Shown here: piece by piece, positions 27,954 through 37,835 of the stretch
Position numbering within the stretch: the first letter of the stretch is position 1
Layout of the letters: every line of letters begins with the position of its first letter
Sequence record: MT799840.1
Reading direction: 5' to 3' (one strand)
DNA: 64,000 nucleotides
The notes under the pieces: generated by a model
The model's input: only the letters and a program-made list of their open reading frames with translations
Told to the model about the DNA's origin: nothing
The model's database searches: none
Translations under genes and position numbers: made by a program

Positions 27954-29321
27954 ATGAAATTGATTGAATTCTACCGTTCGTTTCTGACCTCGCTCGGATA
28001 CGGATTCGAAGGTGACATGCTGACCATCGATGATGGTCATCCGGCAATGTTCACCTACAACAAAGTGAAGCGCCGCTTGGTGCTTCCAACTGCAGCGATG
28101 ATTAAGCGTGGGTTGGAAGATGACGAAGGTAGTGAATGTCATGCGTTCCACCCACTGTGTGAGTCGGTACTGGCTGGCGAATCTGGAACGATTCGTTTCC
28201 TGAAGAAAGCCATCAGCGCGAACCTCTTCCTGAAAAGCTTCGAGTTAATCGATGCGATTTTGGAAACAGCAGCCGAAGGAAAAAATATCCGTCTGGCATC
28301 GTACAAGAAGTTTTTAAGCGATGTGGTTTGCGCTGACCTGAAAGATCCAACGATGGATAAGAAACTGGTTCAGAGCTGGCACGCGGTGAAGAACTACGTT
28401 TACGGTTTGCTGGAAGAAGATAAAAAGACAAAGATCACCAGTATCTTCATCTCCAGCGATATGACCATTGAAGGTATCAAATATATCCGTGTGGCGAACT
28501 ACAAACACATGTTTGAAGAAGAGTCACTGGATGGTACAGCAACATTCTTCGGTGCCAAGCTCCAGCGTAAGCAGGATAAGGTCATTATCTTTAACCTGCT
28601 AACCGCAGTGTTTGGTTGGTATCCTTCGGTTACGGGTTCTAACGATCCGCGTCCGTACTTCGGTTCTTTGGCACGCGGTTGGGCACAATACGTGACCAAC
28701 TACAATCAAGTGGTTCGTGGTCTGCGTGACCACACTCCACTGCGTCCGTTAGAAGAAGAATGGATTGGCCAACTGGATAACATGAGCGTTTATGATAACG
28801 TTATCCAAACTCTGCCGTATAATACCGGCCCACGTAACGATCAGGCAACAGACACCACCGCAACGGATTTCCGTATCGGGCGTACACCTGCCGGTACAAA
28901 GCCGGTCGTTGCTTTAGCTTCTCAACAAGCTCCGCAGGAAAATCTTGATCTCAACGATCCGGTAAACTATTTCCGTGCGAAGAAAGCGCAACAGGCGTCT
29001 TCGGCTAATAGCTTCAATGCGTTAGCACCGAAGATTCAGGAAGCGCTGCGTGAGAACAACGGCCATTTACCGAAAGGGACAATTAAAGAACTGTCTCTCG
29101 GTGAAGCGCTGCGTGGTAATGCGGTGACGAAAGAAAGTGGTCTGGGTTCTGGTTTGCTGGGAAGTAGTAATAATCTCTTGGGGGGTAGCACGCAGTTGGG
29201 CGGCGGTAGCACCAACCTCTTAGGAGGGAGCAGTGACGTGTTAGGTGGTCTGGGTGGTTTAGGTGGCGGAAGTAGCAGCATTTTAGGCAACCTACCATTC
29301 TCATCAGCTAATTTACGTTAA
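27954..29321 (+). CDS. Conserved core protein (phiKZ gp70-like) with Leu-Gly-rich tail
   Basis: 455 aa. Contains FHPLCESVLAGES and a C-terminal LGG repeat region. Confidence 0.75.
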   Translation: MKLIEFYRSFLTSLGYGFEGDMLTIDDGHPAMFTYNKVKRRLVLPTAAMIKRGLEDDEGSECHAFHPLCESVLAGESGTIRFLKKAISANLFLKSFELIDAILETAAEGKNIRLASYKKFLSDVVCADLKDPTMDKKLVQSWHAVKNYVYGLLEEDKKTKITSIFISSDMTIEGIKYIRVANYKHMFEEESLDGTATFFGAKLQRKQDKVIIFNLLTAVFGWYPSVTGSNDPRPYFGSLARGWAQYVTNYNQVVRGLRDHTPLRPLEEEWIGQLDNMSVYDNVIQTLPYNTGPRNDQATDTTATDFRIGRTPAGTKPVVALASQQAPQENLDLNDPVNYFRAKKAQQASSANSFNALAPKIQEALRENNGHLPKGTIKELSLGEALRGNAVTKESGLGSGLLGSSNNLLGGSTQLGGGSTNLLGGSSDVLGGLGGLGGGSSSILGNLPFSSANLR

Positions 29322-29330
29322 GCGTTAGAA

Positions 29331-29360
29331 AGAAGGGACTGGGCGTCCCTTCTTTTTTTT
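29331..29360. terminator. Terminator between convergent genes
   Basis: AGAAGGGAC-TGGGC-GTCCCTTCT + T-tract. Confidence 0.8.
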
Positions 29361-29683
29361 CAAGATTCTACGATAGTCGATAAGATGTTACTTACCACAC
29401 CGACACTAGGAACCAATAAGGTTCTTATCTCTGGCGTGAAATCAAACGGAGTAGAAATTCCGTTCATTAACATCATCGGATAAATAATACTATTATCGTA
29501 CTGTTTGAGACGACAGTACGCGTAGAAACTGTGTACCTCTGGGTAGGCATATTTTGGGTCAACAACTTCTTCTGTAGTATCTGGGTGTTTGCGAAGGAAG
29601 TCTGTATAGTCATGCAACACCTTATACTTGGTCGAATCAGGCGAAGGTATTATTTCGGATAAGGTAGCAAATTTATCTAGCAT
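29360..29683 (-). CDS. Small protein, possibly LysM/gpX/T4 gp53-like baseplate component
   Basis: 107 aa, AAGGAG RBS. The segment MMLMNGISTPFDF..RTLLVP resembles tail-X/gp53 signatures. Confidence 0.55.
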   Translation of the reverse strand: MLDKFATLSEIIPSPDSTKYKVLHDYTDFLRKHPDTTEEVVDPKYAYPEVHSFYAYCRLKQYDNSIIYPMMLMNGISTPFDFTPEIRTLLVPSVGVVSNILSTIVES

Positions 29684-29703
29684 CGTCTCTCCTTAAAATA
29701 AAA

Positions 29704-29719
29704 CAGATAGATATTATCT
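29704..29719 (+). promoter_or_regulatory. Putative early promoter
   Basis: CAGATAGATATTATCT upstream of nvRNAP beta. Confidence 0.65.
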
Positions 29720-29749
29720 TACCGAGGTAACCAAAAGGAGCATTTACGA

Positions 29750-31987
29750 ATGAAAACACCAGTCGAACTCATGTCAAGCGTTGCTGACCGTGAGGTGAAT
29801 ATCACTGGCGTATCTGGGGCACGTGCCTCAATGGTGGGTGGACATATGAAGTCGGCGGTACCACTGGACAATCCAGACCCGACTATCCATTTTACCGGCG
29901 CTGATGTGAACTACCACGATTATTGTTTTAACGATATCGTGGAAGATAGTGGTACTGTGTGCAGTTACACAACCAAAGAAGGTGTTACTCGTGCAGCTGT
30001 TTTTGCACGCTATGGTCGTGAAGGGGATCACGAACCGCTCCAGCATGTTATCTTCTTCACGCGCGCAGATTTAACCAACCAGCGCAAAGTGATGATTGAT
30101 GTAATCGATATTAAGTATTACACCAACCACGATAACATTTTCTCGTCTAAGAAAGAGGCTACTGGGAAACTTCAGGCGTTGCTGCGCGGGCAGACGCAGC
30201 ACCTGGAAAAAGATGAAATGCTTACCGTACTGCCGGCACAGAAAGACGGTGAGTTTGTCGATGGGGTCAACCTGCACACCGTGACAATGTCGCACCCGGA
30301 CATTATCGAGGACTCGTACACCATCTCCGAAACTGCAGCGAAGGCGATGCACGCTTATGGTTTGCGTGCAATTGACTTTACCTTGCGCGACGACGAGTAC
30401 CTGCTTGACACGTATGGGACAACGGGTATTGATGGCGTTCGTCGACCACAGTACCTGCCCAATAAAGGACAGGCAATTCGTGATGATGGGTTGGTTATTG
30501 CCGCGCGCCGTTTCGATAAGCTATGGGCAGCCATTGACTCGCACGTAGGTGAAACACAACATATCTCTCCGCACTTCGACCGTTGTGAGTATGTTGACGC
30601 TGACCCTGAGCATTACAAAGCGCGTCAGGCCGGCGACTTTGAAAAGATGGAACGTACCGGTTCTCGTGTCGTTGATATTCAGGTATGGCGGGACGAAACC
30701 AAATGCGATCGTGGTGTTAACAATATCGCATGTACCGAAGAGAACAAACGCGAGTTAGATCACTACGCGAACGCTTTGAAACGTTTTTACAATGATATCG
30801 TGCGATTCTATTTTGCGATGTCCAAGGACAAGAATATTGTCTGGTCACCGAAAGCGTTTGAGATTCTTGACAAGGCGTTCTGTTCTGAGACGTATGAAGT
30901 CTATAACGACTTCCGTGAAGAGATTGGTCGTGAATATGATGAAGCCATGCGCAAAGGCGAGTATAACCGTTCTGCTGATAAGAACGTGTTAAACAAACTG
31001 GCGCAGCCGGTTCAGCGTGGTCTCTGGGACCCAATTGGTAGTTACACGATACGCATCGTGGTACGTTATCCAATCCCAGTTACCGTCTCATCGAAAATCA
31101 CCGACCGTTCAGGTACAAAAGGTATCGTGGGTGCAGTGCGGCCTGATGAAGAAATGCCGATTAACGAGTTCGGAGAACGTGTGCATGTCATTCGTTCCAT
31201 GAACGCCGTAATTCGTCGTTCGACTTATGCTGCGCTGTTCCACATGTATTGGTCTGCTGCATCCGAGCAGTTGAAGATGCGGTTGAAACCATTACTTGCC
31301 GCCAACCAGGTTAATGAAGCCTGGGAAATCCTGATGGACTATATCGATCGCTATAACCCACGCTGGACATTCTATCTCAATGCCAGTCACCCGGATACTG
31401 GGTCACGTCTGGAACTCTTTAAAGAGATTTACGACTTCACGATTCGTATCTGGCTTCCCCACGAATTGAATGCTACCCAGGTAGAAATCTGCCGTGCTCT
31501 AGGCGAGTATGCACCACGCAAGTCTAAGCTACTGATTACTAACTATCAGGGTGAGAAAGAGTGGACGAAGAACCAGTTCTACGTCGGCATGGTAGAGACT
31601 CTGCGCCTGGATAAAACCGGTCGTGAGTTCTCCAGTATCTCGTCGATGTACACGAACTATTTGGGTTGTATTGATGCATCCAACCAAGGACGTGGTTCAT
31701 ATCCGATTAACCTGAAAGGGTTGAAGTGGGGTGGTCCTTCCGAGCAGCGTCTTACCGACGGCTTTGGTCCGGGCAACTTCCCCGAAACTCATGACCGCGC
31801 TAATAACCCTGCGGTACACCGTGCGATCGTAACGGGGCTGTATAACTCACCAACACCAACCAATCCAGGGGTGCTGGTCGATCGTAAGAAACTGCCAATG
31901 GGAGATTCGCAGATTGACAGGATGATACGTAACATCCATCGCTGTGAAGGTTTTGAATTAGTGCGTCCAATTCGGGAGGATAAATAA
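29750..31987 (+). CDS. Non-virion RNAP beta C-terminal subunit (phiKZ gp71-73-like), uninterrupted
   Basis: RASMVGGHMKSAVP, IEDSYTISE, SKITDRSGTKGIVG and GLKWGGPSEQR correspond to RpoB conserved blocks. Confidence 0.9.
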   Translation: MKTPVELMSSVADREVNITGVSGARASMVGGHMKSAVPLDNPDPTIHFTGADVNYHDYCFNDIVEDSGTVCSYTTKEGVTRAAVFARYGREGDHEPLQHVIFFTRADLTNQRKVMIDVIDIKYYTNHDNIFSSKKEATGKLQALLRGQTQHLEKDEMLTVLPAQKDGEFVDGVNLHTVTMSHPDIIEDSYTISETAAKAMHAYGLRAIDFTLRDDEYLLDTYGTTGIDGVRRPQYLPNKGQAIRDDGLVIAARRFDKLWAAIDSHVGETQHISPHFDRCEYVDADPEHYKARQAGDFEKMERTGSRVVDIQVWRDETKCDRGVNNIACTEENKRELDHYANALKRFYNDIVRFYFAMSKDKNIVWSPKAFEILDKAFCSETYEVYNDFREEIGREYDEAMRKGEYNRSADKNVLNKLAQPVQRGLWDPIGSYTIRIVVRYPIPVTVSSKITDRSGTKGIVGAVRPDEEMPINEFGERVHVIRSMNAVIRRSTYAALFHMYWSAASEQLKMRLKPLLAANQVNEAWEILMDYIDRYNPRWTFYLNASHPDTGSRLELFKEIYDFTIRIWLPHELNATQVEICRALGEYAPRKSKLLITNYQGEKEWTKNQFYVGMVETLRLDKTGREFSSISSMYTNYLGCIDASNQGRGSYPINLKGLKWGGPSEQRLTDGFGPGNFPETHDRANNPAVHRAIVTGLYNSPTPTNPGVLVDRKKLPMGDSQIDRMIRNIHRCEGFELVRPIREDK

Positions 31988-34092
31988 TGGCGGGCCGTTC
32001 TGTACACGTACGTGATTTGCGTATGCTTAACTCTGATCAGGTGTGGAAACTACGCGGGCGTTATTACGTGACGTTTGACGATGGTAAGTCGTTGGAAATG
32101 TCTAGTCGCCACATCAAACTCAGCTGGCCGTATTGGGGTGTGTCGCGTCTGTATCCGCAGGTGCCCACTCCATCGACCATGGCGTATCGTCCAGGTCAGG
32201 TAGCAACAGATGACCTGCATCTGGACTTTATGTCGGAAGCAGCGGTACTGGCCCGTAAAGCAGGTGTCGACCTTGCTGAAACGCGTTATATCTTGAGTCA
32301 ACATGTCTACGCCGATGCGTTCAACATGACAGTGAAGAACCTGCTGTCCTATTGCACGACAATCGACTTTGATACGATGATGGAGATCTACGACCATCCG
32401 AACTTCGAACTCATCCGTCAGTGGGAAGTGCAATACCCTACTGGCTACGATGAAGATGGTCGGGATATGGTTGAAGAAGCGTACAAGCTTATCGAGAAAA
32501 TCTTCAAAGACCCTGCGCTACGGTATAACCCGGTCGTGATGTCGGTACTGGACGGTACTGTGAAGATGAACCAGGTACTGCAAGCCTTCGTGCGTGGTAA
32601 AACGTCAGAAATTGACTCACGTGTATACACCAATCAGGTGTGGGAAGGCTTCTTTACCGGAATGCATTCGGTTATTTCGCGTTTGAAAGAATCTGGTGCA
32701 ACTTCACGTTCCCACTTGTACAACACTGACAAGATTGCCGAAGCAGAATACGCCTCACGTAAACTGCAGCTGGCAGCAAACGTACTGATGTATTTCACGT
32801 ACGACGACTGCGGTACAACTCACGCACACCGCTACACGTTTAAGGATACGCAGCTGGATGAGCGTGCCTATAAAGCGATGGTGGGGATGCGTTATCGTTT
32901 AGAAGGCGATAATGGTCCGTGGTTGAGATTTGAGAAAGGCGGATACGCAGACCTGGTTGGTAAACCGCTGGTCTTCCGTAGTGCCATGACTTGTAAAGAG
33001 ATGGCGAATCAGTCCATCTGTGCGACCTGTATGGGGGATTTGATTTATAATCTCTCCGAAGGTACGTCGCCGGGTCATCTGGCATCCACGTCCATCTCGG
33101 AAAAGGGTACACAGGGAATTCTCTCTACCAAGCACCTTGACTTCTTGCGTTATCTGCTCAACCTGGTACTCACCCCACGTATGCGTGAGTATATGACCGA
33201 ATACAAACATAACTCTCTGAAAGGGTTGTGCTTGCTGCCAAAACCACAGCGTGGGAATTGGTCAGAATACGAGTTGGTTGTTACCGACAAAGTTTATTCG
33301 GAGCTGAGCCAGATTGCGTACCATGAAGATCTCGATGCAATTGATGAAACGGCATTGCCGGAAATCACCGACTTGACATTCCAGCGTCGTTTAGAAGATG
33401 GGCAGATAATCGCTGCGGATTCTATCGATGTGCGAATGGGTGTTTGTGGGAACTTCTCTAAACCGTTCCTGCACTACTTCTTGAAACAACGAGCGAACAT
33501 TCGTATCGAGAAGAAGACGGTAGAAATCCCCTTAAAAGGATGGAACCCGAAACACCCGGTCCTGGTCTACACCAACCGTTCTGAATCGATGGCGGAGTTC
33601 GTAGCCGGCTTAGAAACCAAGCTCCGTTCGATTGCTGCCGATAAGAACGAAGACATTGTGGAAATCATCAACACAGCCTCGACTGTGAAGCTGAACAAGA
33701 AACAAGGTCGTGTGAAACCGGTGACGTTGGTTGAAATGGGTGGTGCTACAGAGAAACAGTGTACTTATGCGTTGATGGACACGTTTAAGTATATCCAGCG
33801 TAAGCTGAGTGGTATACCGATGACGCACATTGCGATTATGTTGGCGATATCTCGTGTAGAGTCGCCAACCAATCCGTTCCCGGCAGTAGGATTTGACAGT
33901 GAGGATTCTACTAATGCCACCGGGAAACGGTTTGTCGATCACAACACGCTCATTAGTTTGCGCTCGGCAATTCCGATGTTGTTGTTTGAAGGACAGCAGG
34001 GGAATATCGATCGCGTTGGTTTTTATACCGAGTACAAAATCCCGGCATCGTTGTACGATGACCTAGGAGCCGCTGTGGTAATTGAGTTGTAA
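31987..34092 (+). CDS. Non-virion RNAP beta-prime C-terminal subunit (phiKZ gp74-like)
   Basis: DDCGT, RSAMTC..SICATCMG (Zn site) and STSISEKGTQGILSTKH (trigger-loop region). Confidence 0.9.
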   Translation: MAGRSVHVRDLRMLNSDQVWKLRGRYYVTFDDGKSLEMSSRHIKLSWPYWGVSRLYPQVPTPSTMAYRPGQVATDDLHLDFMSEAAVLARKAGVDLAETRYILSQHVYADAFNMTVKNLLSYCTTIDFDTMMEIYDHPNFELIRQWEVQYPTGYDEDGRDMVEEAYKLIEKIFKDPALRYNPVVMSVLDGTVKMNQVLQAFVRGKTSEIDSRVYTNQVWEGFFTGMHSVISRLKESGATSRSHLYNTDKIAEAEYASRKLQLAANVLMYFTYDDCGTTHAHRYTFKDTQLDERAYKAMVGMRYRLEGDNGPWLRFEKGGYADLVGKPLVFRSAMTCKEMANQSICATCMGDLIYNLSEGTSPGHLASTSISEKGTQGILSTKHLDFLRYLLNLVLTPRMREYMTEYKHNSLKGLCLLPKPQRGNWSEYELVVTDKVYSELSQIAYHEDLDAIDETALPEITDLTFQRRLEDGQIIAADSIDVRMGVCGNFSKPFLHYFLKQRANIRIEKKTVEIPLKGWNPKHPVLVYTNRSESMAEFVAGLETKLRSIAADKNEDIVEIINTASTVKLNKKQGRVKPVTLVEMGGATEKQCTYALMDTFKYIQRKLSGIPMTHIAIMLAISRVESPTNPFPAVGFDSEDSTNATGKRFVDHNTLISLRSAIPMLLFEGQQGNIDRVGFYTEYKIPASLYDDLGAAVVIEL

Positions 34093-34095
34093 ACC

Positions 34096-34121
34096 GAGGG
34101 GCCTTGCGCCCCTCTTTTTTT
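34096..34121 (+). terminator. Rho-independent terminator
   Basis: GAGGGGC-CTTGC-GCCCCTC + T7. Confidence 0.8.
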
Positions 34122-34138
34122 GTGCGAAGAGGGGCAGC

Positions 34139-36883
34139 ATGGTAGAAATTCAAATGACTTACACGAGTATGGGGGTACGGGTTGAAGTCCCTATCCGCCA
34201 GGCTGAAAGGGCCATACTCGCGTGGGCCGAAGAGAATATGCACGCCCCAAAGATGGGCAAGCAACATGGACGAATAACTACGGAACGCGGTGACGCGTAC
34301 TACGCCCACATTCCGTCTTTAAGGACATTCATTTTCCATAAAGTGTTCGCTGAGAAGATTAAACATATCCTCCAACGCGCAGCAATTGAATATGCTTTTC
34401 AGTACAAGCTTACAGAGCACCATCCCGAACGTGCAGAACCTTATAAGTGCACGTTTGATAATTACGGATTCAAGATGGAAGAGACAGACCCAGAGTCGCG
34501 TTTCTATTATCAGAATGAAGTCGTAGCCGCCGCAACAGATCCATCGCGTTCACAAACGGTTTTCGCGATACAAACAGGAAGAGGAAAAGCTCTCGCGCAG
34601 GGTACGCGTGTGCGTGTACCGGGTGGTTGGAAGAACATTGAGGATATACAGCTAGGTGATTACGTTACGGGGCGTGACGGAAAACCAGCAATGGTCTCTG
34701 GAGTGTTCCCACAGGGTGTGGTTGACCTGTATCAGGTGACGTTTTGGGATGGTAGGAGTGTTGACGTATGTGGCGAGCACTTGTGGCAATCTTTTTACGT
34801 CAACACCACCGAAAAACGCCGTTGGGGTGTTCGTGATACTCTGGAAATGAAGCGTTTAATTTCGATGCCTAATCCACGGGTATACATCCCATTACCAGAA
34901 CCAGAGGAAATGCCAGCTAAGGATTTTGTCATTCATCCGTATTTGCTCGGTATCCTCTTGGGTGATGGCTCCCTATCGATGCCGGGCGTTTTATACACCA
35001 AAGGCGATGTGGAGATTCGTGACCGTGTTGCTGAGGTCATGCCCGCTGGACATGCAATCCATGATTCATCGTACAGCGATGGGATAACGAAGTGCATCTC
35101 TTGTCCCGGTGGTGTTAACCTTGTCCGCAGAGAGCTTGAGCGGTTAGGGTTAATCGGCTGCAGGTCTTGGGAAAAGTTCATACCTGGAGATTACTTCGAA
35201 ACGTCCATCGAACAACGGTGGGAATTGTTGCGCGGATTGATGGATACTGACGGTACTGTGGATAAGGATGGTGGTACGCCTTCTTTCTGTTCCACCAGTA
35301 AAGAATTGGCTTTAGGTGTTCAGGAACTTGTGCGGTCTTTAGGAGGGATTGCAACACTACGCGAGAAACGTCCGTTCTTCACACACAACGGCGAACGTCG
35401 TGAAGGTCGTTTGGCTTATAACGTCTTCATCCGTCACAAAACACCATCGAAACTGTTCCATCTTCCAAGGAAGAAAGAACTGTGTCGTGATAACGGACAA
35501 TACACCGATATACTGAAACTCCGTGTTAAGTCTATCGAACCCATTGGTCGTGATCTTGCCACGTGTATTCGTGTCGAGAACGACGATGCGTTGTTTGTGG
35601 TGGACAAGTGGATTGTTACGCACAACACCAAGACCTGTATGAAGTCGATGGTTAAACGGGGAACCCGTACCGCATTGATTCACCGTCCGTCGTACGTTCC
35701 CAAATGGCTGTTTGACGTCTGTGATGATGAAACAGGACTTCGTATACTTCGTGACGAGGTGTTAGTTTGTACAGGCGTACAGGCGATTTACGACGCACTG
35801 GAGATGGGTAAGTCGGGAGAGCTAGATAGTCGTGGTATTAAGGTAATAATCCTCCCCACGGTCTCTCTACAGCGTTTCCTGAAGGAGTACATTAACACTG
35901 CTGCGACTAACCCTGTGGACCTGGATACGTTTTATGATGTTCTGGGTGTGGGTCTGGTGGCGATGGATGAGGTGCACGAGCATTTTCACCTCGTTTACAT
36001 GGCTGGTATAATGTTGAACCCGCCTGCATCGATAGAAATGTCTGCAACTCTTAAACCGGGTAGCAGCAAAGCGTTTATCGCGGAGCGGTATTTAGAACGG
36101 TTCCCAATGGAGTACCGAATCAGTATTCCAATCATTCCGGTGGTTGACGTGAAAGCGTTGTACTATCGACTGGATGATAAGAAGTTTGCGTGGTGGGCAT
36201 CGAAGATGACGCCGTATAACCACAAACTCTTCGAAGGGAAGCTGATTAAAGAGAACTTGCATTTAGAATACGCAAACATGATCTGGGATGTGGTTGAGAA
36301 ATCGTTCCTTAAACGGTATCAACCTGGCCAAAAATGTTTGATACTCTTTGCTACGGTAGCGATGTGTGAGTTCTTTACCGAGTATGTGAAAGATAAGTTA
36401 TCGCGTGACCCTGTATTCCATCCACTGATGGTGGCGAAATATAATGCAGGCGATTCGTATGACGACTTTATCCAAGCAGACTTCTCTATCTCCACACCGG
36501 GGAAAGCGGGGACTGCGGTCGATAAACCTGGGTTGGTACACATGTACATTTCAACCCCGGTAGAAGACCAGCAACTGAACGAACAGATGGCCGGTCGTCC
36601 ACGTAAGATTCTCCACAACGAGTGGGGTGAAATAGACCCAACGGTGTGGTTATTCCATGCGTATAACGTACCGAAGCATTGCAATTACCTGAATGCCCGC
36701 CAGAAATCACTCAAGGATGTCGTATTGTCGTTCCGTATCGCGACATCCCCCTACGTTGTAAGGAAATCACATGCTCACTCCGCCGCGTCCAGCAGAGCCA
36801 CTGCCACCCTACATCGGAATGACTTTAGCAAGTTTTCTCGAAAACGTTCTAAAGGCGTATCCCGGCGTAGAAGACGTCGCTAA
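34139..36883 (+). CDS. SF2 (DExH) helicase with intein (phiKZ gp75-like)
   Basis: Walker A QTGRGK|T is split by the intein. Also DEVH Walker B, MSAT motif III and QMAGRPR motif VI. Start at ATG 34139. Confidence 0.9.
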   Translation: MVEIQMTYTSMGVRVEVPIRQAERAILAWAEENMHAPKMGKQHGRITTERGDAYYAHIPSLRTFIFHKVFAEKIKHILQRAAIEYAFQYKLTEHHPERAEPYKCTFDNYGFKMEETDPESRFYYQNEVVAAATDPSRSQTVFAIQTGRGKALAQGTRVRVPGGWKNIEDIQLGDYVTGRDGKPAMVSGVFPQGVVDLYQVTFWDGRSVDVCGEHLWQSFYVNTTEKRRWGVRDTLEMKRLISMPNPRVYIPLPEPEEMPAKDFVIHPYLLGILLGDGSLSMPGVLYTKGDVEIRDRVAEVMPAGHAIHDSSYSDGITKCISCPGGVNLVRRELERLGLIGCRSWEKFIPGDYFETSIEQRWELLRGLMDTDGTVDKDGGTPSFCSTSKELALGVQELVRSLGGIATLREKRPFFTHNGERREGRLAYNVFIRHKTPSKLFHLPRKKELCRDNGQYTDILKLRVKSIEPIGRDLATCIRVENDDALFVVDKWIVTHNTKTCMKSMVKRGTRTALIHRPSYVPKWLFDVCDDETGLRILRDEVLVCTGVQAIYDALEMGKSGELDSRGIKVIILPTVSLQRFLKEYINTAATNPVDLDTFYDVLGVGLVAMDEVHEHFHLVYMAGIMLNPPASIEMSATLKPGSSKAFIAERYLERFPMEYRISIPIIPVVDVKALYYRLDDKKFAWWASKMTPYNHKLFEGKLIKENLHLEYANMIWDVVEKSFLKRYQPGQKCLILFATVAMCEFFTEYVKDKLSRDPVFHPLMVAKYNAGDSYDDFIQADFSISTPGKAGTAVDKPGLVHMYISTPVEDQQLNEQMAGRPRKILHNEWGEIDPTVWLFHAYNVPKHCNYLNARQKSLKDVVLSFRIATSPYVVRKSHAHSAASSRATATLHRNDFSKFSRKRSKGVSRRRRRR
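34589..35626 (+). mobile_element. Class 3 intein with LAGLIDADG homing endonuclease (346 aa)
   Basis: Begins ALAQGTRV and ends WIVTHN|T. Block B CGEHLW, block F ATCIRV, and LLGILLGDGS / LLRGLMDTDG endonuclease motifs. Confidence 0.92.
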
Positions 36884-37154
36884 GAAACTCTGCACCGACG
36901 CCACTATCAACCAGGCGTTTCACTACTACATGGTCACTGAACATTACAGCGGCCTGTTCCTTAACCAACGCGGGTTGACGTATTACGTCACCCGCACGTC
37001 AAGTATCCGTAACACTTCGTCGTACGAGTTATATACGTACGTGTTGTGGAATGAGAACCCGGCCGGTAGTGTCGATCAGAATCCAAAGATGGCTTATCGT
37101 CTTTACTCTGAAAAATGGCATGATTGGGTGACTGTTCCACACGATGCAAGTTAA
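36771..37154 (+). CDS. Hypothetical protein overlapping the helicase 3' end
   Basis: AAGGA RBS, 127 aa, 113-nt overlap. Confidence 0.7.
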   Translation: MLTPPRPAEPLPPYIGMTLASFLENVLKAYPGVEDVAKKLCTDATINQAFHYYMVTEHYSGLFLNQRGLTYYVTRTSSIRNTSSYELYTYVLWNENPAGSVDQNPKMAYRLYSEKWHDWVTVPHDAS

Positions 37155-37214
37155 TCACGTTTTGGGTGTATATTGTGTATACACCCAACCCCTAATTTCA
37201 AAAGGATTATTACG

Positions 37215-37835
37215 ATGAGTCGTCGCAAAAAGAAACCCGCTTATAACCCACGTAAAGACGCCCGCGATTTCGTCAAGGCGATGATGCAGTCTGTGTTGAA
37301 AAAACAAGCTGTGTTTATCGAAAGTACCGAATTCCTGTCAGGCAGAATTGATCGGGAGCGTGAAGTAACTGAAGCCATTACGCACGAAGAGCTGAAAGCC
37401 TTTACGTTGAAAGCGCTGGATGAAGCACAGGCGGCTTTCCTTGGCATGTGTCAGCAAGGCAAAGAGCTGTTCGGTAAACTGATTGTTGAGGCAGATGCTA
37501 AGGCTGTGCCGGTGTTTGACATGCTGAACGATAACAGCAAAACGTGGAAAGAAATCAAAGACCAGTTCCACGTCGACCACACCGAACTGTCTTTGATTGA
37601 CCAGCGGGCGAATATGCTCGCGATGGATATCCAGGGCACCAGTATCGAAATCTTCTCTACGTATAACGCGAAAGTGAAGTTCGTGAAGCAGGCGCTGAAT
37701 AACGGGCATACCGTGGAACAAGCCGAAGTTCTGTTGGCCGAAGCTCTGGCTAATAATTCGAAAGAACTCCCTAAAAATGCCATCGTCGATCACAACGACG
37801 TTGTAGTAGAAACCGAGGAAGCGGCACATGTCTGA
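37215..37835 (+). CDS. Conserved helical hypothetical protein
   Basis: Start at MSRRKKKP (AAGGA RBS). Confidence 0.75.
   Translation: MSRRKKKPAYNPRKDARDFVKAMMQSVLKKQAVFIESTEFLSGRIDREREVTEAITHEELKAFTLKALDEAQAAFLGMCQQGKELFGKLIVEADAKAVPVFDMLNDNSKTWKEIKDQFHVDHTELSLIDQRANMLAMDIQGTSIEIFSTYNAKVKFVKQALNNGHTVEQAEVLLAEALANNSKELPKNAIVDHNDVVVETEEAAHV

Noticed and set aside
29750-31987. Intron in the nvRNAP beta gene, as recalled for phiKZ gp71-73
   Set aside because: The ORF is continuous with all RpoB blocks in frame and no group I core elements.
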